A DNA stretch of 64,000 bases, from IMG/VR virus record IMGVR_UViG_3300046501_000246. One strand, written 5' to 3'. A program made the translations under genes and the position numbers. Under the pieces are notes generated by a model. The model made no database searches. It was not told where the DNA came from and was given only the letters and a program-made list of their open reading frames with translations. Each line of letters opens with the position of its first letter. Within the stretch, counting starts at the first letter, position 1. Shown here one piece after another: positions 50,302 through 61,048 of the stretch. This DNA is from a virus.

Positions 50302-52102
50302 TTACGTTATAGCTCGCCATTGGGACAATGGTTCTAAGTGCATCTATACCTATCATACTCAGGTTCACCACGGCTCGATAGAGAGTGCCAGAATTTTACT
50401 GGATTACGTCAAACTTAGAAGTCCAGAACACAACGATTACAAAATTTATAAAATTAATTATGAGGAAGTGGAATAGTGAAAAAGATTATTTATTATAATA
50501 GATCGTGGCGCGGTGAATCTATAAAAGAACTAACGGTCCAAGAGGCTGTGGAAAAGCTAATAGATGACAAACACGATACCTATTCAGATTTGGATAGTAA
50601 TAACAGTAGGCAGATAGAAGCATTGACAAGCCTTGTCGCGTATATGGCTCAAGCCTTGTACGACGCAAAAGTTTTTAGCGATGAAGACATTGGTGTACTA
50701 TTTTCACATTACCCTTTTGAAACGAGTGATATTTAATGGGAAGTTTTAATAAAGTTTGCGGTATCACTGGTATGACGATTGGATGGGGCGAGCCGTGTTA
50801 CGTGACACGGTTGGAACGCCAGAAGCATGTGTATCGTACCGGCGCTATAGTTTTCAACCCGGATCAGGAATGGCAACCCATTTCTTTCCCACAGCTAACG
50901 TCATATTATGACTATGGCTCAGTGGCGGAAGATTTCAAGCCTAATCCTCTCAATGAATTCCTCGGCCTCAAGATTGAAAATGATGGAGAAGATAGGACCA
51001 TTGATACGGATGACCTTGGCGCGAAGTATAGCATAGCTGATACTCTATTCCTTATTCATCCACAGGTCTACGAGAAATTTAGCTCTAAAGTGATCGATTC
51101 TGGCGACCTGTTCAACTATCGGCGCGAAATCTTCGAACAAGGTCCATCTTATTTCATTGACGCGTTCGAAGACGCTAAGAAGATGACGGAATCCGAACTC
51201 CCTGACAATCCTGTCAAACATCACATGTTCCATATGTATCTAGAGAATTCTCACGCCTTTGGCTGGACTCATAGCAAGATTGGTTGGAAAATTTTTAATA
51301 AAATCACCGCTGCTAAATCCTACGAACCTCTGGATCATGCCGTGAGCCTAGGGCTCGCCCATGAGCTTTATAAGCAATTCATTTTTGAGACCAATATGGA
51401 TCAGATGTGGAAACACTACAGGCCTTCGAATTATGGTGGCCAGTACGACAACTATGAGACCTATCTCGAATTGGCTGATGTGATGATTGAAATCGCGGCA
51501 GAGAAGCGGCTCAAGATCGATGCCGAAGATGGCGATTACGAAGATGGCGAAGGCTTGTAATGGCTAAGTGGTCGATACAGGTTCACTATCAAGCTCAAGA
51601 CGACGCTGGCAAAACGTTTCGCGCCACTGCCGTTTTCCAATGCGAAGCGGACGACATACCAACGGCATATCGAGTCGCGGCTGACGCGTTTGGTTCAGAC
51701 AAGAAGCTAGGCGCTATCATCCCCGGCCATCATTTGAGGTTCCCCTAACAATGACGAATAGTAGACCAAAACCATGCCCTCCCGGAAGGAAGGGTATCCC
51801 TAATATTTTTATCACTATATGGAGAGTGTTGCGTGGCAGTTCCTGTTGATTTTCCCGGTGCGAATCTAACTCTTGGCCCGCCGAAAGGTATGACTGAGGA
51901 AGAGGTTCGAAGCATGCCGGTCCATCACGTCGATAATTACTACATTTCTTGTTGGTATTTGTCAGATGTAGAGATAGAAGAAATAGTCAGGACGCGTTGC
52001 GTGTGGCAAAGTTTGATGGGTCAAGGTGCGCAACCAAGCTTCGTTAGCGGTTCCTTAAATGATGTAATCGAGCTGGTTTACGACCAAAACAAGGCTGATT
52101 AG
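50204..52102 (+). other. hypothetical genes
   Basis: ORFs 50204-50476, 50476-50736, 50736-51560 (274 aa, MGSFNKVCGITG), 51560-51748, 51833-52102. Confidence 0.65.
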
Positions 52103-52199
52103 GCGAAGTTCCAGATATCTGTCGAAAATAAATCCAAGCATTTTCAATGGCTTATAAAAAAGTAATCAAAAGAGGTTACTTTTCACGGAACATTTCTTT

Positions 52200-52688
52200 A
52201 TGTTATCCATTATTCCGTCAGACAAACGCAAGGGGCGGTGTCACAAACAACGGAAACGAAACAGGAGAAATGTCATGGCTAATGTTAATAACGAACTCGC
52301 AACGATCAAGGTTAACGAAATTGCTTGGGGTGGCCGTGCCGCCGCTGCACTGAAGAATGGCGGCTTTCTGGACAAGACGCTTGCCGATCTCGATAGCATG
52401 AAGGATGACGAACTTCTGTCGATCAATCGCATGGGACGTGGTTCTCTTGGTGAAATCCGGCAGAAGATTGTTCAGGCCGGTGCGAGGGCTCGCGAAGAAA
52501 AGATGAAGCAGGAAATGGCACGTAACACCACGTCCGCCTCTGCTGTCAAGGAAAATGCAGTAGAAGATCGCCAGATCAGGGTGAAAACGAATACCTTGGA
52601 GGATAAGGTCATGGAATTCGCCAAAACACACCCTTCGATCATCAACTCGATCATCAACGAAGAAGTGATTCTGGTTCCCAAACTGTAA
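52200..52688 (+). CDS. RNA polymerase alpha-subunit C-terminal-domain-like protein
   Basis: VNEIAWGGRAAAALKNGG...TLADL...DELLSINRMGRGSLGEIRQKI aligns by eye with alpha-CTD (VDDLELTVRSANCLK...IGDL...[20 protein letters not shown]); start likely 52275 after SD AGGAG. Confidence 0.75.
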   Translation: MLSIIPSDKRKGRCHKQRKRNRRNVMANVNNELATIKVNEIAWGGRAAAALKNGGFLDKTLADLDSMKDDELLSINRMGRGSLGEIRQKIVQAGARAREEKMKQEMARNTTSASAVKENAVEDRQIRVKTNTLEDKVMEFAKTHPSIINSIINEEVILVPKL

Positions 52689-52696
52689 CATTTCTA

Positions 52697-52758
52697 TTGA
52701 CATTCACGATACGTTCTGCTATTAAACCTCCTTATTGCAAAATAAGGAGGTTTTTCTT
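52697..52758 (+). terminator. promoter followed by a terminator-like hairpin that contains the next SD
   Basis: TTGACA-N17-TATTAA; AAACCTCCTTATT-gcaa-AATAAGGAGGTTT plus T-run. Confidence 0.7.
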
Positions 52759-53791
52759 TGGCTACAAAATTCTTTTTCAAAAACCTCCCGGCCTACCAAG
52801 AAGGGCATTTCGCCCTAGTCAAAAATCCAGACGATGGATTGTGGTATAATTATCACATACAATCAGGATTAAAGGCGATGTGGATCATCGCTCCTTTCAA
52901 GCAAAAGCGTGATGTACTTGTTTATGCTCAGAGTTTGAACGAATCACCGATAGACTGGCATGTCAATAGTGAGATTCAACTACTTGAGAAGAATGATGTA
53001 GATCGTGTACACACTATTATGTCGCGAATTTCTCGCGCCATAAAACAAGACCTTGGCCTAGATTAACGGGGGATTTCTGAGAATGGCTCGCTTTACTGCA
53101 TTTGTGACCTATAGAAAAACAGACGACGTAAATGGTAACACTGTCATTGACTATGACGAAGACGGACAACTAAGCGCGGAGCTAGAAAAAAGACACATAA
53201 GCCTATTCAACATCGTTGGCGAAATCAGGCTTATGTATAACGGTCATATGGGAATGCCTATCTCAATGGCTCAATGCTTCGCAGATGGAGATTTTGTACC
53301 CACTGGCATGCATCACTAAAATACCAGAAATCCCCCTCTCCTTTGCAGCTGTTAGCAGGGAGAGGGTCTTTTTATTTAAAGGATAACATTTTATGACTAT
53401 TAGAAATAATTGTGAATGGCTTTGGAACGGCGTACTTCATGCAACGGCTTCGGTGGATGAAGATGGCGTGATTCGCCTTACAATGACTGGCGGCTATGAT
53501 CCAACGGATAAATATACCAGACTTGGAGATAGTTGGATTTGGGGCGGTTCGGTAGAAGATTTTCTTGAAGCTTGGGTTTTTGTCAAAGAAATCGAGCCAG
53601 AAGTGGAACAGACACCTTTAGCTGAAACATGGCTCATTGTTTGCCGATTCCGCGACGGCGTTGATTTCAATGATGGGCTTTATTTCAGCCGTGAAGAGGC
53701 GCAGAAAGCTTATGACGAAGAACCTTACGACATTGCCACAGGCGAGCGCGTAGAACTACTCGACATTGTCAGGGTGCCATATTATGGCTAG
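52758..53791 (+). other. three hypothetical genes
   Basis: ORFs 52758-53066, 53083-53319, 53393-53791. Confidence 0.6.
53334..53375 (+). terminator. intrinsic terminator
   Basis: CCCTCTCCT...AGGGAGAGGG then TCTTTTTATTT. Confidence 0.65.
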
Positions 53792-54428
53792 GCAGCTGAC
53801 CCGCGTCATTGGCGATTGTCATGGCAAATATAGACGTTTCAAAAATATCATCAGAAACGCATCTAGGTCTATTTGTGTGGGCGATATGGGTGTCGGATTC
53901 AGATATTATGACGCGGGCCGCGAACTTAGGCACGCAGCCAATCCTCCTCATGATGCAATGGTGAAACGCAACTGTCGATACATACGTGGAAACCACGATA
54001 ACCCTAACGTGTGTCGTAATCAATCTCAGTGGATTCCAGATGGCACGGTCGAAAATGATGTAATGTATATCGGTGGCGCTCTGTCTATCGATATCCATCT
54101 CAGAACTGAGGGCTTGTCGTGGTGGGCCGATGAAGAATGCTCGCTGGCTCAGCTGAATCATTTTGTAGACGTGTACGACATGGTCAGGCCTCGCGTCATG
54201 ATTTGCCACGAGTGCCCCGAAAGCATCGCGGACACGATCATGAAAGGTCACAACAAAAATAAAATCTTAAGACCGTCGCGGACTAGGCAGGCCCTTCAAG
54301 GAATGCTGGAAATTCACAGACCAGAAATATTTTTATTCGGTCATTGGCACGTCGATATCGATCAAGTCATTGATGGCACTAGATTTATTTGCTTAAACGA
54401 ACTTAGTTATATAGATTTGGAACTATGA
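53766..54428 (+). CDS. calcineurin-like metallophosphoesterase
   Basis: IGDCHG, VGDMG, IRGNHD, ICHECP, FGHWH. Confidence 0.9.
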   Translation: MSGCHIMARQLTRVIGDCHGKYRRFKNIIRNASRSICVGDMGVGFRYYDAGRELRHAANPPHDAMVKRNCRYIRGNHDNPNVCRNQSQWIPDGTVENDVMYIGGALSIDIHLRTEGLSWWADEECSLAQLNHFVDVYDMVRPRVMICHECPESIADTIMKGHNKNKILRPSRTRQALQGMLEIHRPEIFLFGHWHVDIDQVIDGTRFICLNELSYIDLEL

Positions 54429-54994
54429 AAATAGAATTAACTCAAGATATCCTAAAAGAACTGATACATTACGAACCTCATACTGGCCATTTTTATTGGA
54501 AATTCAGAGACAAAAAATGGTTTGACAACCCAACTGGACCGGGATCAGCTAGTTGGAACAGTCGTTATGCCTATGCTAGGGCTTTTACTTCAAATGATAA
54601 AGATGGTTACAAACTTGGGACCATTTTCACAAAAGGGTATAGAGCGCATAATATTGCTTGGCTCTATGTTTATGGTTCATGGCCGAATGGAATCATTGAT
54701 CACATCAATGGGAAACCTTGGGATAATCGAATTGAAAATCTACGAGATGTGACTAAAATTGAAAATGACCAAAATAAATCTTTAGCCAGAAATAACAAAA
54801 GCGGAATTATAGGTGTAGATTTTTGGCCTTCTGCCTCCCCTCCTAAACAATGGGTAGCACGTATTTCAACAGGAGACGGCAAACGCAAATTTTTAGGTTA
54901 TTTTCTAACTAAAGAAGAAGCAGCTGAATCCAGAGCTAAAGCAGAAATCGAGTATGGCTATCACGAAAACCATGGAAAACGAAAATGTCAGTAA
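54425..54994 (+). CDS. HNH homing endonuclease with AP2-like domain
   Basis: RAHNIAWLYVYGSWP..IIDHINGKPWDNRIENLRDVT; C-terminal WVARI...FLGYF. Confidence 0.9.
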   Translation: MKIELTQDILKELIHYEPHTGHFYWKFRDKKWFDNPTGPGSASWNSRYAYARAFTSNDKDGYKLGTIFTKGYRAHNIAWLYVYGSWPNGIIDHINGKPWDNRIENLRDVTKIENDQNKSLARNNKSGIIGVDFWPSASPPKQWVARISTGDGKRKFLGYFLTKEEAAESRAKAEIEYGYHENHGKRKCQ

Positions 54995-55205
54995 TTGATT
55001 TTAATCTTTTTAAAGCCAAAGTTGAAACTAATCCTAAACTTTATAACAAAGAGACGGAAGAATTTTGCTACACCATTGAGTATTTTCACGACGGCAGGAA
55101 ATTTGTGACCGACCTGTGGGCCAAGACGTGGACCGACGCGGAACTTAAATTGAAGTCAATTCAAGATACAGCGGTTGTGGTAGGAAAATTAGTTGAGCGA
55201 GAGGA

Positions 55206-55234
55206 TTGACACGTGCTCACAATCATTTTACTAA
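55206..55234 (+). promoter_or_regulatory. sigma70-type promoter upstream of the PnuC-like gene
   Basis: TTGACA-N17-TACTAA. Confidence 0.6.
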
Positions 55235-55302
55235 GCATCATTGTCTATTTATTGGTTGAGATAAGAGACAGAATGAAAAAGTAAACCGCAAAGGAGATTT
55301 AG

Positions 55303-55950
55303 ATGAATAAATATTGGGCTAGCTTGGGTTGGGGCACAAACCTTACCATTATCACTTATGTAATGGGCGCGGCACTTGGTCTCGTTGATGTGCATAATTT
55401 TAACTATGTCGAATTCTTTGCAATTTGGACCAGTTATGTCTGCACTCTGATGTGCGTGTTCCAAACGAGATGGAATTACCCGCTCGGCGCGGTTTCCACC
55501 ATTCTTTATGCCATTTTGTCTTACAGAGCCGATCTACCTGCGGTCGGCCTGTTCAACATCCTCCTATCGATCAACCTGATTTATGGCTGGTTCCGCTGGC
55601 GCAGCGATGACGTGACCCGCCCCGTTACTAATCCGAATGCGGCTTGGTGGCTCGGATATGTCGGAATCGGGCTTGCCACTTATTTGATCCTGACCATCGT
55701 CAATGGATATTTCGGCTACGAGCAGACTTGGGTAGATGTTACGACAGCTGTAGTCTATGCCGTGGCTCAAGCCATGCTCGACAATAAGCATCGCACATCG
55801 TGGGCCGTATTCTTTGTCCTCAATGTCTTGTCGATCTACCTATACTTCAAGCAGGAAGCTTATTTCGTGGTGATCCAGTACATTTACTTCCTCGGAAATA
55901 CACTTTATGGTCACTTTGAGTGGCGTAAATCTGAAGAAGTCTTCAACTAA
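55303..55950 (+). CDS. pnuC: PnuC-like nicotinamide riboside transporter
   Basis: multi-TM; WNYPLGAVSTILY, LIYGWFRW, AQAMLDNKHRTSW..F.VLNVLSI.LYF, YFLGNTLYG..EW. Confidence 0.85.
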   Translation: MNKYWASLGWGTNLTIITYVMGAALGLVDVHNFNYVEFFAIWTSYVCTLMCVFQTRWNYPLGAVSTILYAILSYRADLPAVGLFNILLSINLIYGWFRWRSDDVTRPVTNPNAAWWLGYVGIGLATYLILTIVNGYFGYEQTWVDVTTAVVYAVAQAMLDNKHRTSWAVFFVLNVLSIYLYFKQEAYFVVIQYIYFLGNTLYGHFEWRKSEEVFN

Positions 55951-55954
55951 ATGA

Positions 55955-55983
55955 TTGACAGTAGCCCCTAACGGGGCTACACT
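55955..55983 (+). promoter_or_regulatory. promoter whose spacer is a perfect hairpin
   Basis: TTGACA-N17-TACACT with GTAGCCCC-taac-GGGGCTAC. Confidence 0.6.
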
Positions 55984-57370
55984 TCTATCTAGAACAAAGG
56001 AGGGTGTTATGAAATTTCTAATAATTTATGGCCTTATCGCTTTTGGGACGTGGGCCGGATATGACAGAATTTATAGAGAAGCTTGCCCGTCAGAAAAGTT
56101 TTCATACGGGCCGGTCATGGCAGGGATTGTGTGGCCCTTCTTCGCCGGTCTAGCAATTACTAGCGCCACGACCGATAGAATTTCAAAACCAGTCACATGC
56201 GGAAATCTTTTTTAAAAGGAGGAATGTCATGCGTTTGAATAAAAAATGGACCACGGCGCATCTCCTGAATGTTGCCCTATCATCTCCCAAGTTCAGCGCT
56301 GATGTGAATTCCGGTGAAGATGTAATTTCCGTTGACGTTGATAAAAACACAGGCTTCGTGACTTGGTGGCATAATTATGTCAGAGTTACGGAAGGCGATA
56401 TTGCGAATGTATTGGCTCGATGGGCCGTGGAAGGAGTTTAAATTTTATGACAAGAGACGAAGTTAAAGCGAATCGAATCAAGTGGGCCAATTTCCTTCTA
56501 AATAAAAAGAGGAAGAAAGCTATTAGTGTTCTTGATAAAGGCGACGGTGCTAGATGCTGCTTAGGTCATGGCGCGTATTGCTTAGGCGTGCCGCGCCGCA
56601 ACATAGTTAATGGACTGGATAATGCGTGTTTCGAATATGGAGATGAGGACGCAGCATATTCCGCTCCTTCTGAATTGGTAGAGCTTGTCGGACTGTGGGA
56701 CAGTGATGGCATGACTGAAGGCGAGGATTTAGTTATTAATGGTCTTAACTTTTCTTCATTAGCTGGTGCCAATGATGCTGATAGACATTATGCCTTTGAA
56801 ACAGGCGTTGAAAGCAGCGAAATAAACATCACTCCTCAAATGATTGGGACATATCTCCTCACCGTGATCGAAGGCGGCGATGACACTCCGTTTCGCCCAC
56901 TGTCGGAGTACCCTGAATGAGCGCTGGTAAAGCATCGATTTGCCATTGGGATTTGAGGGCCAGATTCTTCACCAAAGAACAAGCCGTTAAAGCTATTAAA
57001 CTTTTACTTGAGGAAGATATTGATTTCGATATTGCGTATTCAGTTGAAATGGGTGATAGTCTGAATCGAACTGCTTATATCATCGATATTGACGGAATGT
57101 CTTGGGCCAATAATCTTGAAACCGTGGCACAAATTTTAAAAGAAGTAGATCACAAATATGAATGAGTCTGAGCTACGCGAAAAGATTATTAAAGTTTTAG
57201 GACCAGAGCTATATGGCGCGTATGACTGCATCCGAGTTTGGGAAGCTTGGTCATATGGTACGATGAGTCAGGATGATTTTGTTCCAGTTGAAGATCGGCT
57301 AGGCGAGATTGCTGAGAGCTTATTAAAGGAGATTTTGGGTGACAACTACGACGGGACTGACAGTAATTAG
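55955..57370 (+). other. small hypothetical genes between pnuC and the NadR-like gene
   Basis: ORFs 55955-56215 (start likely MKFLII), 56229-56441, 56420-56920 (CCLG motif), 56917-57165, 57158-57370. Confidence 0.6.
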
Positions 57371-58355
57371 CGGCTTGCTTCCAACTCGTGGTCATCAATA
57401 TCTAATTGATTTTGCATCTAAATTCGTTGATCGACTCCACGTCATAGTCTGTATCAGATCGTTTGAGCCTCGTCTCACGCTGGATCGTGCCGAAGTTTTA
57501 GCAAAACATTATGCCGGTACGAATGTAACAGTTCATGAGCATTACGCCGACGATGCGCCTCAAAATGACGATGGCACGACGGAGTTTTGGGACTATTGGG
57601 CCAATCTTGTAGATAAAGCCGTCACTAAACGCAAAAAGATTGATTATTTCTTCGCCTCTGAAAAGTATGGCGCTCGATTTGCTGAAGCTCTTGGCGTCAC
57701 TTTTGTTCCTGTCGATATTGGCAGGGAAATCCTGAGCGTCACAGGAACGCGTGTGAGACAAAATCTCGCTGAGAATTTTAAATATATCCTCCCCGAATAC
57801 CAAGGCAAATTGGCAAAAACGGTTTGCCTCTACGGACAAGAATCGGTAGGCAAAACCACAATGTCAAAGTGGCTCGCCACGAAGCTTGAAGGCCGTTGGA
57901 TTCATGAATGGGCCAGACCTTATCTTGAAGAAGTCGGCGCTGAAGTCACGGATGAAAAAATGTTAAACATTGTGCGTGGTCAGTACGCTGTCATGGTTTC
58001 CGCACCTACTGCATTGTTTAATATAAGAGATACTGATCTCCTTTCAACCATTGGATATTATAAAATCTACGGCGGTAAAATGCCTGAAGAACTTATCCAA
58101 AAATTTAACTTGACAAAAAGCGATCTTTATGTAATGTTAAATGACAATATCCCTTTCGAGCCCGATCCTTTGAGATATGGCGGAGATAAGAGGGAAAGTG
58201 AGATGCAGTTCTGGATCGACCTTCTGGACGAATATGACTGCAAATATCATGTCGTGGAAAGCACTGACATTAAGAAACAGCGCAAAGAAGTTGTAGAAGC
58301 TGTTTACGATTTTTTCACTGATCTACGAGAGATAGAGGAATTCATTCGTGACTGA
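57339..58355 (+). CDS. nadR: NadR-like bifunctional NMN adenylyltransferase / ribosylnicotinamide kinase (no HTH)
   Basis: N-terminal LPTRGH (HIGH-like), FFASEKYG, VTGTRVR; C-terminal GQESVGKTT, HEWARPY, RDTDLL.T, PFEPDPLRYG. Confidence 0.85.
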   Translation: MTTTTGLTVISGLLPTRGHQYLIDFASKFVDRLHVIVCIRSFEPRLTLDRAEVLAKHYAGTNVTVHEHYADDAPQNDDGTTEFWDYWANLVDKAVTKRKKIDYFFASEKYGARFAEALGVTFVPVDIGREILSVTGTRVRQNLAENFKYILPEYQGKLAKTVCLYGQESVGKTTMSKWLATKLEGRWIHEWARPYLEEVGAEVTDEKMLNIVRGQYAVMVSAPTALFNIRDTDLLSTIGYYKIYGGKMPEELIQKFNLTKSDLYVMLNDNIPFEPDPLRYGGDKRESEMQFWIDLLDEYDCKYHVVESTDIKKQRKEVVEAVYDFFTDLREIEEFIRD

Positions 58356-58861
58356 ATACAAAAAAGGTGACAAAGTTATCTTTGTCGATCCAAATCACAG
58401 GTACGGTGGCTGGAATTTTACGGTAGGAAAGATCTACACCGTTGGTGGAAAGTTTTTCCAAGATTTTCCTGACATGTTGGGAATTGAGGCTGACGACTCT
58501 GGTAATCCTAATGGACACGAGTTTGAGTTTTTCGTCTCCGCTCCTGCCGATGAGCAAACGTTCTGTTCTTGGTGGAACAGCTATTATCCTCAAGAATATG
58601 GCCACAACGCCGAATTTAGAAACATTGTGGAACGCCACGCCGAAGCGGCATATCTGGCGGGAAAGAAGTCAAATGCCGTCACATAGCTTATTTTTTCTTT
58701 GGCTTAAGTTACTCTTTATCGATCTCGTATTCTGTGCCGGTATTTTCTTTGGAATATATGGTCTCGCCTTATATTTAGATGTCACGGTTCGTGACTTCGT
58801 TCCACTACTAATCACCGCATTCGCAGTCTATAGCGCAACGGCGCGTTACAAGGAACTTTGA
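58348..58861 (+). other. two small hypothetical genes
   Basis: 58348-58686 (YKKGDKV SH3-like start) and 58673-58861 (membrane). Confidence 0.55.
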
Positions 58862-58862
58862 T

Positions 58863-59270
58863 ATGAACTACAAATGGCTTACCTTCAACTGCGTCTCGCT
58901 CTTCATCATGGCATTTCTGATCCAATTTTATGACGCAGCTAACTTTATCTGGACCATGGATAAGACTCACATCACGCTGGTAATTCTGGCACTTTATGTG
59001 ACCTGTTCGGCCTATTTAGGGATTATGGGTGATAAAATCAACTTTAAAAAAATTAGATTTCATCTAAATCGCTTTACGATGTGGGGCCTGATTGGCACCA
59101 TGACAGGCCTTATTCTAATGTTCATGGGCGCTGACGATATGGAGGCTTTTAGACAGAATATCTTGACCGAAGTTGGTCCAGTTTTCCTCACTGGCTTGTT
59201 TGGCCTAGCCAGCAGCATTGCCCTTGATTATCAGATCGCGCTATGCTTCGATAATTATGACGAAGTTTAA
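58863..59270 (+). CDS. short MotA/TolQ/ExbB proton-channel-like membrane protein
   Basis: four hydrophobic helices; TMWGLIGTMTGLILMF and FLTGLFGLASSIAL match the channel TM motifs. Confidence 0.65.
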   Translation: MNYKWLTFNCVSLFIMAFLIQFYDAANFIWTMDKTHITLVILALYVTCSAYLGIMGDKINFKKIRFHLNRFTMWGLIGTMTGLILMFMGADDMEAFRQNILTEVGPVFLTGLFGLASSIALDYQIALCFDNYDEV

Positions 59271-59290
59271 TTTTTGAAAGGAAGAGCCTA

Positions 59291-59875
59291 ATGAAAGGCC
59301 CTGTCAAAATTGCATACATTGATGTACTTCAATGCCTTATAGCAGTATTTTTCGTTGTAATTATTCTCTCTACGCCGAAGAAGGAAGAATCAAAGGGAAC
59401 GATCATTGATCCGTCTCAATTCCTAGTCGAAATGACGTGGACCGATGATAGTCCAAACGATGTTGATCTCTGGATGAGTAATCCAAATAACGACATTGTC
59501 TACTATCACACCAGAGAAATCGGCGGCATGACCCTAGACACAGATAATCTAGGCAGAAATAATACTTTTACTGACCCTAGCGGCAACCTAATTGTTAATC
59601 ACACACGCCGAGAGGTAGCCAGCATTAGAGTAGTCATGGCAGGCACTTACACCGTCAATGTAATGCTTTTTGATAAACCAACTAAAGGACCAGAAACGGT
59701 CAAAATCAGGGTCTTCAAGCTAAATCCTTATAAAGATATTATTGAAAAAGTGGTTGTACTGGAAACTGTTAAACAGGAATCCACTATTTTACAGTTCGAT
59801 ATCGACAAGGATGGCAACTTTATTAGTAAGTCTGAAGATGAACAGATTTCTCTCTTTGCGAGGCTAAAGGCATGA
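59291..59875 (+). CDS. MotB/TolR/ExbD-like single-TM protein with YfaP-like soluble domain
   Basis: AYIDVLQCLIAVFFVVIIL (Asp in the TM) followed by VEMTWTDDSPNDVDLWM...LDTDNLG. Confidence 0.6.
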   Translation: MKGPVKIAYIDVLQCLIAVFFVVIILSTPKKEESKGTIIDPSQFLVEMTWTDDSPNDVDLWMSNPNNDIVYYHTREIGGMTLDTDNLGRNNTFTDPSGNLIVNHTRREVASIRVVMAGTYTVNVMLFDKPTKGPETVKIRVFKLNPYKDIIEKVVVLETVKQESTILQFDIDKDGNFISKSEDEQISLFARLKA

Positions 59876-60339
59876 TCATTCCATCTATCATCATTCTTGG
59901 ACTTCTACTTGTTACAGTTTTTGTCGGCTTCCGATATAATTGGAAGCTCTCACTGGCTATTTTCATTCCAATGCTTTATCTCGGTTATTGGACCGTAGCC
60001 ACTCAGGTTCCAAAATACTTTGGCTATGCCGTGCCAATCAATTTCGCTGAAATGGAAAACCAAGCCCTAATGATCAGCGGTTATGACGGCGGTAAGTCTA
60101 TCTACCTTCTCATCATAGAGAAAGGCGTCAAGGAACCACGTCTCGTCAGCATGCCAAATAATGCTGAAAATAGGGCAATATTTAACCAGCTTACCAAAAA
60201 AATCAAGAACGGCCAAGCCGCCATTATTAAGAAAAACAATAAAAAAGGTAAAATGGGCAAAGGTGAAGGTCAATCCAGTATGGGCGATATCGAAGGCGTA
60301 GAGATGAAGGATCAAAATATCCTTCAGAAGGAAGGATGA
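59872..60339 (+). CDS. membrane protein, third gene of the module
   Basis: two N-terminal TM helices, IYLLI...EPRLVSMP; overlaps the previous stop. Confidence 0.65.
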   Translation: MIIPSIIILGLLLVTVFVGFRYNWKLSLAIFIPMLYLGYWTVATQVPKYFGYAVPINFAEMENQALMISGYDGGKSIYLLIIEKGVKEPRLVSMPNNAENRAIFNQLTKKIKNGQAAIIKKNNKKGKMGKGEGQSSMGDIEGVEMKDQNILQKEG

Positions 60340-61048
60340 TCGTGAAACCTGCATATTACTTGATTGAAAACTGTAAGTGCGAAGCCTATGTCCAAGAAAT
60401 TGCGGTCTGTATTTTCTGGCGCAGATGGTATTGGAAGGCTAAATTTTATTACGAAGGCGAATGCACTCCGTATGACATTTTTGATGGAACAGAATTAACA
60501 GAGCAAGAAGCAATCGACTCTTGCCTCAGTAAATATGGGGAGTTGTTTCCTTCCGATGACTAAAGCTGTTGTAGTTTATCAAGCTGGCGACGAGAAACAT
60601 AGTATTCAAGTCGCCTTAAGTAGGCGAGATGGAAAGACTTTTGTTAGAGAATTTAAGCGCCATACCAGATTCGGAAAGAAGTGGGATACATGGCGCGAAA
60701 CATCTTTTCCTGAAGTGATTGCACTAGGATTTGAAGAATTTAAACGCGTCGATAAAGGTGTCAAAGTTGTCTTACCTATTCCCATTACTACTTAGTGTTG
60801 GCGTCAATATTACATGTTTCATGGCTTTTGCGGCATGGAAGATGGGCCAAACCCCTCGTGACAGAGTAAGACATAAAGTCCGAGGCTCTTATTACGAAAT
60901 CATAGGTTTTGCCACGGTCCAAACCGCTGATGCACTTAAAGATGACGATAGAGTTTTTGTTTATCGAGATATTGACTCTGACGAAATGTATGTTAGAAAA
61001 GATAGTGAATTTGCAGATGGAAGGTTTGAATTAATCAATGCCAAGTAA
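60336..61048 (+). other. small genes including a DUF1653-like protein
   Basis: 60336-60563, 60535-60795, 60731-61048 (VRHKVRGSYYEIIG.A...VFVYR...MYVR...F...RF). Confidence 0.6.
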
